Shown here one piece after another: positions 40,379 through 50,617 of a stretch of DNA of 64,000 nt (positions are counted from its first letter, which is position 1; each line of letters starts with the position of its first letter). The notes under the pieces were generated by a model. That model had not been told where the DNA came from and did no database searches. It worked only from the letters and a program-made list of their open reading frames with translations. A program made the position numbers and the translations under genes. Where the stretch lies: positions 124,001 to 188,000 of the forward strand of contig NZ_MWQY01000001.1 in assembly GCF_002087085.1 (NCBI RefSeq). Direction: 5' to 3'.

Positions 40379-41860
40379 ATGAGATTATTTACCAATGCCC
40401 GCTTCTGTTCCATGGAAGCCCCGGACGACCATTACGACGCCCTCCTCGAGAAGGGGGGATCCATTCTCCGCCTCTATCGCCGGTCCGGGGAGATTCCCGC
40501 CGACCTGCACGCTGAGCGAATCGATCTCGACGGGGCATGGGTATACCCGGGCTTTACCGATACTCATACCCATTCCTTCGACGGAGGTCTCTATTCCCTC
40601 TGCCTTGACCTGGGAGGCTGCAGCAGCCTCAGGCAGGTGATCGAGGCCCTGGCGGGAGTCCGCCCTCTCGGTGGGCTTGCCTTTGCCTGGAACCTGGATG
40701 TTCACAGGATTCGCGAGGGACGCTTTCCGAACCTGACTGAACTGGACAGGGCGGTTCCGGATATCCCCCTTATCGTCAAACGGGTTGACGGCCACTCCTG
40801 CATGGTCAACAGCGCCGCCCTCAGGGCGGTCCCCTGGAAAAGCGGTTCTGCTCCCCAGTTACTGCCCCTGACCCGGGAGCTGAGCAGGGAGGCTTCCGCC
40901 TGGTTTCAGAGTATGGTGGATGAGGAGGGAATCCTCTCCGCCTACGACGCGGCCTCTCGAATCGCCCTGAAGGCGGGATTGACCCGTGTCCATACCATGG
41001 TGGGGGACGGAGAGAGCGACCCCCGTCATTTCGTCCTGCTTCGGGACAACCTGGAGCGCTTTGACGTCGACTTTGTTCCCTATCCCCAGATCAGCAACGT
41101 GAACAGGGCCCTGGAGCTTGGATCCCCCCGGGTGGGGGGCTGTCTCCTGAGCGACGGCTCCATCGGCAGTCATACGGCGGCCCTGAATGCACCCTACGCC
41201 GACCAACCGGAGAGCAGGGGAACACTCTACCGTGACCAGGACTTCTGGTACCGTTTTGTCCGGGAGGCCCACAGGGAAGGTCTTCAGGCCTGCGTGCATG
41301 CCATAGGGGAGGCTGCGGTGGAACAGATAGCCGGGGTGCTCAGAAGGGTGTACGATGAAGATCCCAAAGCGCTTCATCATCAGATTATTCATTGCGAGAT
41401 GGTGAGCGACAGGAGCCTCGAGCTCCTTGAGGGACTGCCCGCAGCGGCTCCGGTACAACCGGCCTTTGACGCCCTCTGGGGAGGCGAAGGGGGATTGTAC
41501 GAGAAACACCTGGGGAAGGAAGGTCGTGCCCGGTGCAACCGCTACGCTTCCCTCGCCCGGGCGGGGGTACTGCTTACGGGAGGTTCCGACTGGTATATAA
41601 CGCCCCTGGATCCTCTGGGGGGTATTCGGGCCGCGACCCGGCTGTCAAACCCTGCCGAAAGGCTTTCTCCCTTCGAGGCGATCCGTCTCTATACCGTAAA
41701 CGCAGCAAAGCTCACCGCTTCGGATGACCGGCAGGGATATCTCCGGGAAGGATACGAATGCGACCTGAGTATTGTCTCCGGTCCCGGGGAGGGGGAAAAA
41801 AGTGCCGTAAAAGGGGTGGTAAAGGAAGGAAAACTCCTCTTCCTGCGGGGACGGACTTGA
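40379..41860 (+). CDS. Amidohydrolase 3 (YtcJ-like) metal-dependent hydrolase
   Basis: PGFTDTHTH, DGHS, DGSIGSHTAAL, HAIGE, GSDW. Start reassigned to MRLFTNA. Confidence 0.9.
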   Translation: MRLFTNARFCSMEAPDDHYDALLEKGGSILRLYRRSGEIPADLHAERIDLDGAWVYPGFTDTHTHSFDGGLYSLCLDLGGCSSLRQVIEALAGVRPLGGLAFAWNLDVHRIREGRFPNLTELDRAVPDIPLIVKRVDGHSCMVNSAALRAVPWKSGSAPQLLPLTRELSREASAWFQSMVDEEGILSAYDAASRIALKAGLTRVHTMVGDGESDPRHFVLLRDNLERFDVDFVPYPQISNVNRALELGSPRVGGCLLSDGSIGSHTAALNAPYADQPESRGTLYRDQDFWYRFVREAHREGLQACVHAIGEAAVEQIAGVLRRVYDEDPKALHHQIIHCEMVSDRSLELLEGLPAAAPVQPAFDALWGGEGGLYEKHLGKEGRARCNRYASLARAGVLLTGGSDWYITPLDPLGGIRAATRLSNPAERLSPFEAIRLYTVNAAKLTASDDRQGYLREGYECDLSIVSGPGEGEKSAVKGVVKEGKLLFLRGRT

Positions 41861-41935
41861 ATTTTTCGCCTCCTTCGTTAGAATTATTAATCAGACACCC
41901 TGGTGCGTGCATATCCAGGAACGGGGGTAGATGAT

Positions 41936-42376
41936 TTGAAAACCAAGATGGACTTTCCCTCCATAAACCAGAAGGATCCCGAAGGGATCGGCCCCAACGG
42001 CAAACCCTACCGGGTCATGATAGTGGACGATTCCATGTTTGTAAAAAAGCAGCTCGGACAGATTCTTACCTCCGAGGGCTTTGAAGTTGTGGCAACCGCC
42101 GGAACCGGCAAGGAAGCCCTGGAAATCTATCAGGAGAAGAAGGGCGGCATCGATCTGGTTACCATGGATATCACCATGCCGGTGATGGACGGGGTTACCG
42201 CCCTGGAGAGGATCATGGCGCTGGATAAGGATGCGAAAATCATCATGGTCAGCGCCCTGGGAAAGCAGGACCTGGTAAAAAAGTCCTTCATGCTTGGAGC
42301 AAAGAACTATATTGTGAAACCCCTGGACCGGAAAAAGGTGCTTGAACGGATAAGCAGGGTTCTGCAGGGCCTGTAA
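41936..42376 (+). CDS. Stand-alone CheY-like response regulator
   Basis: IVDDS, MDITMPVMDG, VSALG, YIVKP. Start uncertain (TTG 41936 or ATG 41948). Confidence 0.92.
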   Translation: MKTKMDFPSINQKDPEGIGPNGKPYRVMIVDDSMFVKKQLGQILTSEGFEVVATAGTGKEALEIYQEKKGGIDLVTMDITMPVMDGVTALERIMALDKDAKIIMVSALGKQDLVKKSFMLGAKNYIVKPLDRKKVLERISRVLQGL

Positions 42377-42492
42377 GGGCCGCAATAGTAAAATTGTTCA
42401 GTTTTTTGGTAACTTCCGTCTATTTACAGGTGACTGTCCCGGCCCCATACTGGTACCGCTGAATCATCAGTACCAGTAAAGGAGATACCGGA

Positions 42493-43541
42493 ATGTTACC
42501 TGAACAATGGAACACCCTGGAGAGACTGGTCCAGGGTAAAGAGAAGAATGTAAACGCTGCATTGATTGTCGACAGCCCCTGGATTCCCCCGTTCCTGAAT
42601 ATTTCCACCGCCGAATACCTGAAGAACCCGGAACTTCATTTCCGATCGAACATGGAGATAATCCGGAAGTACCCGGAGATTATCTTTTTCCCGGGGTTCT
42701 GGGTGGAGATGGGAATGGCCGCCGAACCTTCAGGCTATGGTACTCCCGTTGAGTATTACGACAATCAGCCTCCCACCATCAAACATATAATCGAGGATAT
42801 CAGCGAGGTCGACCGCCTCAAACCGCAAATCCCGCCAGGGACGGACTGATGCCGGATATTCTAAAACGCTACCGGGAGCTTCTTCCCCTGGTCAGGGCGG
42901 AGGGTATGGAGATCAACGTGATCGCCGCCCGGGGACCCATGACCCTGGCGTCCCATCTTATGGGGGTGACCAACTTCCTGATCGGGCTGAAAACAGAGCC
43001 GGAGCTGACCCATCGTCTTCTGAAGATGACGACAAAAACGGTAATACAGTGGCTCGAAGCCCAGGCTGAGGTTCTCCCGGAAGTCCGGGGTATATTTGTT
43101 CTGGACGACATTATGGGTTTTCTCTGCGAAGAGGATTATCTGGAGTTTGCCCATGACTATTTCAGGGAGATCTTTTCCCTGCCGGCAAAGATAAAGGTTC
43201 TCCATAACGATACCCCCAACCCCGTATCCTTCAGGTTTCTTACGGACCTGGGAATAGATATGTTCAATTTCTCGCATCAGGTTCCCATACCTGATCTTCG
43301 AAGGCTCGTTGGAGACAGGATTGTGCTCATGGGCAATATCTCTCCCCTGGACATCATGGTAAAGGGGAGCGAAGAGGAGGTCTATGAGGCCGCGGTTTCC
43401 TGTATTGAACAGAACGCCGGAAACCCCCGTTTTCTGCTCTCCGCGGGGGGAGGGGTTTCCATGGGGACCCCGGAATCGACCCTGGGAGGGATTATCCGGG
43501 CGATTTCCGACGCAAACAGCGGGAAAATTCAGCTCCGGTAG
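42493..43541 (+). pseudogene. Uroporphyrinogen decarboxylase/MtaA-like family protein, frameshifted (possibly a sequencing error)
   Basis: ORFs 42493-42849 and 42849-43541 join if one base is added near 42823-42825, giving KPANPARDGLMP; motifs RGPMTLA, LMGNISP, LSAGGG. Confidence 0.8.
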
Positions 43542-43574
43542 ACAGAGGGATCATCGCACCTGTATATTTCACTG

Positions 43575-44885
43575 ATGAACCGCAGCGATCATGAGGCGGA
43601 AGGAATTCTTTCCACCTATGCAGAAACAGCCCTTCTTGTTGTTCCCCGTTTTCCCGGTCAGAGCGATCATGACTGTACCGCCGCCCTTTCTGAACTGGCG
43701 AGCCTGGTGGACACCATGGGGCTGGAGGTCCGGGAGGGCCTCATTGCCCCGGTCCGTGAGCCGAAATCGCGGTACCTCTTCGGCAGCGGAAAGGCTCAGG
43801 AGATTGCCGATCTGGCGGAAGAGCTGGAAGTGGACTGCATTATCTTCGACGAGGATCTTTCTCCCTCCCAGCAGCGCAACTGGGAAACCTTGAGCAGGCG
43901 CTGCGTTATCGACCGGCATGAGGTAATCCTGGATATCTTCGCCTCCCGGGCTTCAACCAGGGAGGCGGTGCTGCAGGTGGGTCTTGCCCGGATGGAGTAC
44001 TCCCTGCCGCGGCTGACCCGGGCCTGGACTCACCTGAGCCGTCAGCGGGGAGGCAGCCGGGGTACCAGGGGCGAGGGTGAGACCCAGCTCGAGGTCGACC
44101 GGCGCATCGTCCTTCGCAGGATCGCCCGCATGAAGGAGGAGCTGGAACAGGTCAGGCGGAACCGCAGCACCATGCGCAAACAGCGTGAATCGGTGCCCGT
44201 ACCCACCGCGGCGATCGTGGGGTACACCAATGCGGGAAAATCCTCCCTGCTCCACAAACTGACCGGTGCGGATCTGCTGATCGAAGACAAGCTCTTCGCC
44301 ACCCTGGATCCCACAACCCGCAGGATTAAGCTGGAGGGCGGAAACGAACTCCTTTTAACCGATACGGTAGGTTTTATCCGCAAGCTGCCCCACGATCTGG
44401 TGGACGCCTTCAAGTCGACCCTGGAAGAGACGGTCCTGGCGGATTTCCTGCTCCATATCCTGGATGCCTCGAACCCGGAGGTGGAAGACCATATGGCGGT
44501 TACCCGGCAGGTCCTTAAGGAGATCGGCGCCGGGGACAAGCCCGTCCTTACCTGTTTCAACAAGACCGACGCCTGCGACAGGGAGACCCTTGATCACCTG
44601 ATGCTCCGTTACCCCGGGGCCGTGTTCTTTTCCGTCCGCAGCGGCGAAGGGCTTGATAAGCTGCCGGAGGCACTGGAAAAGATGCTCTACCACGGCCTTG
44701 AGGTGGACCGATTTCTGATTCCCCCGGACAGACACGATCTTGTCGCCCTGGTACACCGGAACGGGAAGGTGAGCAGGGAGGAGTACTCTGAAGAGGGTAT
44801 TCTGCTTGTGGCCAGGGTCCCCGACAAGGTCAGGGGACTCCTGAAGGAGTTTCGGACCGGGAGGGATCAGAATGTCCGGGTTTGA
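43575..44885 (+). CDS. hflX: GTPase HflX
   Basis: LSPSQQRN, GEGETQLEVDRR, GYTNAGKSS, DTVGFI, NKTD. Confidence 0.97.
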   Translation: MNRSDHEAEGILSTYAETALLVVPRFPGQSDHDCTAALSELASLVDTMGLEVREGLIAPVREPKSRYLFGSGKAQEIADLAEELEVDCIIFDEDLSPSQQRNWETLSRRCVIDRHEVILDIFASRASTREAVLQVGLARMEYSLPRLTRAWTHLSRQRGGSRGTRGEGETQLEVDRRIVLRRIARMKEELEQVRRNRSTMRKQRESVPVPTAAIVGYTNAGKSSLLHKLTGADLLIEDKLFATLDPTTRRIKLEGGNELLLTDTVGFIRKLPHDLVDAFKSTLEETVLADFLLHILDASNPEVEDHMAVTRQVLKEIGAGDKPVLTCFNKTDACDRETLDHLMLRYPGAVFFSVRSGEGLDKLPEALEKMLYHGLEVDRFLIPPDRHDLVALVHRNGKVSREEYSEEGILLVARVPDKVRGLLKEFRTGRDQNVRV

Positions 44886-45855
44886 TCTGCTTACCCCTGA
44901 GCTTGTCCTTCAGGCGGTGACCCAGGCCTGGGGATTCTCTCTTGAAAGCAGCCTGAGCCCTTTTCCCAGCTATATAAACCGGGTCTACGGTCTCAGGGAC
45001 GATGACGGCAGGGAGTACGTTACCAAATTCTATCGGCCCGGCCGCTGGAGCTACGAGGCGATCCTCGAAGAGCACCGGTTCCTGGAGGACTGTCGCGAGG
45101 CGGAACTTCCGGTTGTAGTGCCTGTCCCGGACGAAGAGGGATATACCCTCCAGGATGTGATTGCCGTGGATGACGAAGGAAACGAAGAGGAGTATCTCTT
45201 TGCTCTTTTTCCGAAGCGGGGAGGGCGGAATTTCGATGCCGAGGGCGAAGAGGAGTGGCTGCGTCTGGGGAGGCTCCTTGGTCGGCTTCACCAGGTGGCC
45301 GGCGAGCGGGAAGCTGAACACCGGCTGGTGCTGCATCCGCAGGAAACGACCATGTCCCACATCCGGGAGCTTTCCGACCTTGTACATCCGGATCTGCGGG
45401 TGGAGTTCGAGGATTTTTGCCTGGAGGCGGTGGAAAGAATCAGCCCGGCTTTTGAGGGTCTCGACTATCACCGGATTCACGGGGACTGCCACCGGGGAAA
45501 CATCCTGGACCGACCGGGGGAGGGGCTTCTTCTGATTGATTTTGACGATATGGCCGTCGGTCCCGCCGTTCAGGATTTGTGGCTCCTTCTGCCCGGCCGC
45601 CGGGACGAGTGCTCCCGGGAACTCAACCTGCTCGTGGAGGGCTATGAGGAGTTTTTATCCTTCCCCCGCCGCTCCCTGGACCTGATAGAAGCCCTTCGCT
45701 TTATGCGGATCCTCCATTACAGCGCCTGGTGTACCCGGCAGCGTAAGGACGCAGGCTTTTTCAAACACTTTCCCGGATGGGGGAGCAAGGCCTACTGGAC
45801 CAAGGAGCTGGAGGACCTGAAGGACCAGGTCAGGCTGGGGCTTTCGGCGGTATAG
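44872..45855 (+). CDS. srkA: Stress response Ser/Thr kinase SrkA (RdoA/YihE)
   Basis: SYINRVY, KFYRPGRWS, HGDCHRGNIL, IDFDD, GPAVQDLW. Confidence 0.9.
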   Translation: MSGFDLLTPELVLQAVTQAWGFSLESSLSPFPSYINRVYGLRDDDGREYVTKFYRPGRWSYEAILEEHRFLEDCREAELPVVVPVPDEEGYTLQDVIAVDDEGNEEEYLFALFPKRGGRNFDAEGEEEWLRLGRLLGRLHQVAGEREAEHRLVLHPQETTMSHIRELSDLVHPDLRVEFEDFCLEAVERISPAFEGLDYHRIHGDCHRGNILDRPGEGLLLIDFDDMAVGPAVQDLWLLLPGRRDECSRELNLLVEGYEEFLSFPRRSLDLIEALRFMRILHYSAWCTRQRKDAGFFKHFPGWGSKAYWTKELEDLKDQVRLGLSAV

Positions 45856-45861
45856 ACAGAT

Positions 45862-46512
45862 CTAATTCATCAGGCTGGAAAAATCGATCTCAGCTCCCAG
45901 CAACTCCTCGATCTTCTTCTCGGCCCGGCGCTGCTTGAGGCGATCTTCTATTCTCCGTACTCCCCGTTCAAGGCGCTCCTTTGTATTCTGCATTTCCAGG
46001 AGGGTCTGTTTTTCTTCCAGGGAGAAGAGCCCGGTTCCGCAGATCAGAAGGGATACCGCCTCCGGTTCAAGGCTCTGAAGAAGTTCTCCGTCCACGTTGA
46101 ACTCCTCCAGGGCGGCAAGACTCATGAGCCCCCCGGACGCACGGCTGGAGAGATCTTTAAGCCGCGGAAGTTCCGGCGCAGATACTGGAAGGTCCCGGAA
46201 AAACTGGACCTCCGCCTCCAGGTGGGACTGGTCTTCAAAGAAGCGGCGCACCATAAAGCGTTCATGCCCGAGGGACAGGATGTCGAAGCGTCCGTCCGCG
46301 TATTCCTTGAGAAAGCCCTCGACCTTCGCTGTGCAGCCGACCCGGGTCAACTCCTTTCCGGTATGCAGAATTACACCGAACTCCTCCTTGTCTTCAACAC
46401 AGCGGCGAATCATGCGCCGGTACCGCAGTTCGAAGATGTGCAGCGGCAGGGGCATGTTGGGAAACAGAACCAGATTAAGGGGAAAAAGGGGTATTCGCTG
46501 GACTCGTACCAT
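45862..46512 (-). CDS. Stand-alone LON peptidase substrate-binding domain protein
   Basis: IPLFPLNLVLFP, LHIFELRYRRMI, DGRFDI...G.ERF. Confidence 0.9.
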   Translation of the reverse strand: MVRVQRIPLFPLNLVLFPNMPLPLHIFELRYRRMIRRCVEDKEEFGVILHTGKELTRVGCTAKVEGFLKEYADGRFDILSLGHERFMVRRFFEDQSHLEAEVQFFRDLPVSAPELPRLKDLSSRASGGLMSLAALEEFNVDGELLQSLEPEAVSLLICGTGLFSLEEKQTLLEMQNTKERLERGVRRIEDRLKQRRAEKKIEELLGAEIDFSSLMN

Positions 46513-46587
46513 ACCTGTTCTTTACCTCTCCTGTCAGTAAAATACCGCTTTTTCAGGGGAAAGAACAGGTTTGCCCCGGGATTAAAG

Positions 46588-46628
46588 TTGACAAATATAG
46601 TAATGTATAGTACATTGGTCAGACCAAT
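46588..46628 (+). promoter_or_regulatory. pfl promoter with FadR/GntR-type operator
   Basis: TTGACA (46588-46593), 17 nt, TACATT (46611-46616); palindrome ATTGGTCAGACCAAT at 46614-46628. Confidence 0.7.
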
Positions 46629-46684
46629 AAGAAAAACGTGCATAGTGTAAACCGTGGGAAAACTTTATTAACAGGAGTGTTTCA

Positions 46685-48955
46685 ATGAAATCTCATACTT
46701 TTTCGTCCGCAGGTGTTTCAGCCGAACAGGAAGCATGGAGGGGATTCTCCAGGGCTGACTGGTGTGGAGAGATTGACCTGCGGGACTTTATACAGAGTAA
46801 CTACGAACCCTACACCGGGGGAGCCGATTTTCTGCAGGGGCCCAGCGCTGATACGCTGAAGCTCTGGGAGAAGCTCAAAGATCTTCTGGGGGAGGAAAAC
46901 CGTAAAGGAGGTACCCTGGATGTGGATACCGACACGGTCTCCGGAATAAACGCCTATTCCCCGGGCTATATCGACAGGTCCCTGGAAAAGATCGTGGGCC
47001 TGCAGACCGATGCGCCCCTCAAGCGGGCGGTCATGCCCTACGGCGGCATACGCATGGCCTCGAAGGCCTGCGAGGCCTACGGTTACACCCTTTCGCCCCA
47101 GATGGAGAAGATCTTTACCCGATACCGGACCACCCACAACGACGGGGTTTTCAGCGCCTACACCGAAGAGATGAAGGCCGCCAGGAAGGCGGGAATCATA
47201 ACGGGCCTGCCCGACGCCTACGGGCGGGGACGCATTATCGGAGATTACCGCAGGGTGCCCCTCTACGGTGTGGACCGGCTGGTTGAGGACAAGCTTTCCC
47301 AGCAGCGGAGTATCCGCCCCGCGGCCATGGACGAGGAATCCATCCGCTTGAGGGAGGAGATTACCGGGCAGCTGAGGGCCCTGAAAGAGCTGGCCGCCAT
47401 GGCGGATTCCTACGGCTTTGATATCCGAAAGCCCGCCCGGAATGCTGCGGAGGCGGTTCAGTGGCTCTACTTTGCCTATCTTGCTGCGGTGAAGGAACAG
47501 AACGGCGCCGCCATGAGCCTGGGAAGGGTCTCCAGCTTTCTGGATATCTACATCAAACGTGACCTGGATGAAGGAGTAATTACCGAACAGGAAGCCCAGG
47601 AGCTGATAGACCAGTTCGTCCTCAAGTTGCGGATCGTGCGCTTTCTGCGTACCCCGGAGTACAATGATCTCTTTTCCGGGGATCCCACCTGGGTTACCGA
47701 GTGTATCGGTGGCATGGGCCTGGACGGGCGGACCCTGGTTACGGCTACATCCTTCCGAATGCTCCAGACCCTGATAAATCTGGGTGCCGCACCGGAGCCG
47801 AACATGACGGTCCTCTGGTCGAAGGATCTGCCCCGACCCTTCAAGGAGTACTGCGCCAGGGTTTCCGAGGAGACCAGCTCGATTCAGTACGAGAACGACG
47901 ACCTGATGCGCCCCTACTGGGGAGACGATTACGGTATCGCCTGCTGCGTCTCCGCCATGCGTATCGGCAAGCAGATGCAGTTCTTCGGTGCACGCTGCAA
48001 TCTTGCAAAGGCCCTGCTGTATGCGATCAACGGCGGCCGGGACGAGATCAGCGGCGCCCAGGTTGCACCTCCTCTGGCCCCCCTCGAGGGGGAGGTCCTG
48101 GATTATGATGAACTGACAGGTCGCTTCGATGCGGTTCTGGACTGGATCGCCGGTCTCTACATGGATACCCTGAACGTCATCCACTACATGCACGACCGCT
48201 ACAGCTACGAGAGCCTGCAGATGTCTCTCCACGACCGGGACGTCTACAGGACCATGGCCTGCGGGGTCGCCGGGATTTCCGTCTGTGCCGACTCCCTGGC
48301 GGCGGTTAAATACGCGAAGGTGCGGCCGGTGCGGGACGAGAGGGGTCTGGCGGTGGATTTCGAGATTGAAGGGGAGTACCCCGCCTTCGGCAACAACGAC
48401 GACCGGGTGGACAGCCTGGCATCGGATCTCGTAAAGAGCTTCATGAGCAAGCTCAAGGAGCGGAAGACCTATCGGAACGCCGACCCGACCTTGTCAATCC
48501 TGACCATCACCTCCAACGTTGTCTACGGCAAGAAGACCGGAGCAACCCCGGACGGCCGCAGAAAAGGAGAACCCTTCGCTCCGGGAGCCAACCCCATGCA
48601 CGGACGGGACACCCGGGGCGCCCTGGCCTCGGCATCCTCGGTGGCAAAGCTTCCCTACGACTACGCCCGGGACGGCATCTCCTACACCTTCTCCATCGAG
48701 CCCGGGACCCTGGGCAAGGCGGGGGAGGACCGGGTGCGGAACCTCATTTCCCTGCTGGACGGGTATTTCGGCCTCAAGGGGCACCATATCAATGTGAACG
48801 TCCTGAACCGTTCCGTACTCATGGATGCCATGGAGCATCCCGAGCTCTATCCCCAGCTGACCATCAGGGTATCCGGGTATGCCGTCAACTTTGTCAAGCT
48901 GACCCGGGAACAGCAGCTGGATGTCATCAACAGGACCTTCCATGAAAGGATTTGA
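46685..48955 (+). CDS. pflB: Pyruvate formate-lyase (formate C-acetyltransferase)
   Basis: [23 protein letters not shown] (catalytic Cys pair), RVSGYAV (glycyl radical site). Confidence 0.98.
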   Translation: MKSHTFSSAGVSAEQEAWRGFSRADWCGEIDLRDFIQSNYEPYTGGADFLQGPSADTLKLWEKLKDLLGEENRKGGTLDVDTDTVSGINAYSPGYIDRSLEKIVGLQTDAPLKRAVMPYGGIRMASKACEAYGYTLSPQMEKIFTRYRTTHNDGVFSAYTEEMKAARKAGIITGLPDAYGRGRIIGDYRRVPLYGVDRLVEDKLSQQRSIRPAAMDEESIRLREEITGQLRALKELAAMADSYGFDIRKPARNAAEAVQWLYFAYLAAVKEQNGAAMSLGRVSSFLDIYIKRDLDEGVITEQEAQELIDQFVLKLRIVRFLRTPEYNDLFSGDPTWVTECIGGMGLDGRTLVTATSFRMLQTLINLGAAPEPNMTVLWSKDLPRPFKEYCARVSEETSSIQYENDDLMRPYWGDDYGIACCVSAMRIGKQMQFFGARCNLAKALLYAINGGRDEISGAQVAPPLAPLEGEVLDYDELTGRFDAVLDWIAGLYMDTLNVIHYMHDRYSYESLQMSLHDRDVYRTMACGVAGISVCADSLAAVKYAKVRPVRDERGLAVDFEIEGEYPAFGNNDDRVDSLASDLVKSFMSKLKERKTYRNADPTLSILTITSNVVYGKKTGATPDGRRKGEPFAPGANPMHGRDTRGALASASSVAKLPYDYARDGISYTFSIEPGTLGKAGEDRVRNLISLLDGYFGLKGHHINVNVLNRSVLMDAMEHPELYPQLTIRVSGYAVNFVKLTREQQLDVINRTFHERI

Positions 48956-49742
48956 GGGAAACAGAAGCAGGATAGAAAGCCCCACGAGTCTCGGAAACAA
49001 AGTCGCCCGGATTCATTCGGTGGAGACCTTCGGTACCCTGGACGGGCCGGGAATACGCTATGTTATCTTCTTCCAGGGATGTCCCCTGCGCTGCAAATAC
49101 TGCCAGAACCGCGACAGCTGGGACCCCCGCCTGGGGAGCATCAAGACCCTGGACGAGGTGGAGGAGGATATCCTGCGCTACAGTTCCTTCTTTCTCTCCT
49201 CCGGCGGCGGGCTTACCGCCGGCGGGGGGGAGCCCCTGCTGCAGGCGGAATTTCTCTTTTCTCTCTTTAAAAGACTGAAAAAACGGGGTATCCACACAGC
49301 CCTGGATACCTCGGGCTACTGTTCCCTTTCGCCGGCGGTCAGGGAGCTTCTTTCGGTGACGGACCTGATTCTTCTCGACATCAAGCACAGCGATGAGTCC
49401 CGGCACCGGGAGCTTACCGGGGTCTCCCCTGCGCCTGTCAGGGCCTTCGCGGAATACGCCGCCTCCCGGAAAGTGCCGTTCTGGATCCGTCATGTGGTCG
49501 TTCCCGGTTACACTGACGACCCTGAGTCCGCCGAAAGAACGGCGGGTTTTATCAGCACCCTCCCGGGGGTCGAGCGGGTGGACCTGATTCCCTACCATGA
49601 GCTGGGAAAGTTCAAATGGGAGGCCCTGGGGCAGAAGTATCCGCTGGAGGGTGTGAAACCCCCGGGAAAGGAGACCATGAAGATGGTGGAGGAGATTTTT
49701 ACCGCCTGCGGGCTGCCTGTGGCGGGAGGCGGAGGTGAATAG
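48942..49742 (+). CDS. pflA: Pyruvate formate-lyase activating enzyme
   Basis: [39 protein letters not shown]. Start uncertain. Confidence 0.95.
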   Translation: MKGFEGNRSRIESPTSLGNKVARIHSVETFGTLDGPGIRYVIFFQGCPLRCKYCQNRDSWDPRLGSIKTLDEVEEDILRYSSFFLSSGGGLTAGGGEPLLQAEFLFSLFKRLKKRGIHTALDTSGYCSLSPAVRELLSVTDLILLDIKHSDESRHRELTGVSPAPVRAFAEYAASRKVPFWIRHVVVPGYTDDPESAERTAGFISTLPGVERVDLIPYHELGKFKWEALGQKYPLEGVKPPGKETMKMVEEIFTACGLPVAGGGGE

Positions 49743-49900
49743 CGCTACGTCAAAATATAAAACTGGCCGACGGTTGTCCAAGAATATAGGAGCAGAATTG
49801 TGATTATTGTTGCATGTTTATCGTAGCCGCATTATTCGGATTTAATCAATATCCCCATACCCTGCAGCGAGGATAGTTTAAATTGGAAAGTGATAAGTAG

Positions 49901-50617
49901 TCATTCCCGCCATTCTTCTGCGGCTAAAGGCAATTCGTTAAGTTCAGCTCGGGCCTCTTGCCAGCCTGGATAGTGCTTTGTGAGCAAGGAAATAAAACGG
50001 TCGCTGTGAGTTGGCTCTACCAGGTGGAGCATCTCATGTACAACAACGTATTCTATCAGATCCTTTGGTTTTTTGACTAGTTCAGTGTTTAACCTGATAT
50101 GCCCCGCCGTGTGATTGCACCCACCCCATTTGGTCTTCATTCGCTGAAGAAAATAGGCTGTTACCTGTACACCGAGTTTTGGTTCCCACTTACTGATCAG
50201 GGTGGGGATAAGCTCATGCAGGAGGGTCTTATGCCATTTGTGGATAATTGATGCTCTTTTAGACTGATCGCTTCCTGGTCGAATACTCAGTGTGATCCGT
50301 TTATGGTCAACCTTTACAAAAGGTTTTGCGTCCTGTTCAAGAACTGAAAGCAGGTGTCTCCGTCCCCATAAATAATGGCTTTCCCGTTCAATGAATTCCC
50401 GTGGTGTTTCCCGATCCTGGCTACGCAGTTTTTCTTGCTGCTCACGTATCCAACCAATCTTTGTGATCGCGTAGGCACGAGCTACTTCAAGTCGTGTTTC
50501 CTTAGGGGCGGATAATGTCACACGGCCTTCTGGCGGATGAACGGAAAGATGGACATTTTTAATGTTCTTCCGTGTCACCGCAATTGCGATATCACCAATT
50601 AAAATCGTCTCGTTCAT
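49901..50617 (-). CDS. M48/YgjP (DUF45) family metallopeptidase-like protein associated with type I RM
   Basis: [26 protein letters not shown] (HExxH); overlaps the hsdR stop by ATGA. Confidence 0.9.
   Translation of the reverse strand: MNETILIGDIAIAVTRKNIKNVHLSVHPPEGRVTLSAPKETRLEVARAYAITKIGWIREQQEKLRSQDRETPREFIERESHYLWGRRHLLSVLEQDAKPFVKVDHKRITLSIRPGSDQSKRASIIHKWHKTLLHELIPTLISKWEPKLGVQVTAYFLQRMKTKWGGCNHTAGHIRLNTELVKKPKDLIEYVVVHEMLHLVEPTHSDRFISLLTKHYPGWQEARAELNELPLAAEEWRE

Noticed and set aside
46718..48232. 504-aa minus-strand ORF
   Set aside because: Antisense shadow of pflB.
49743..49900. Possible att site or target duplication at the island's left edge, compared with 61388-61510
   Set aside because: Only a 6-mer (AGCGCT) was seen in common; no tRNA, integrase or terminal inverted repeats, so the insertion mechanism cannot be stated.
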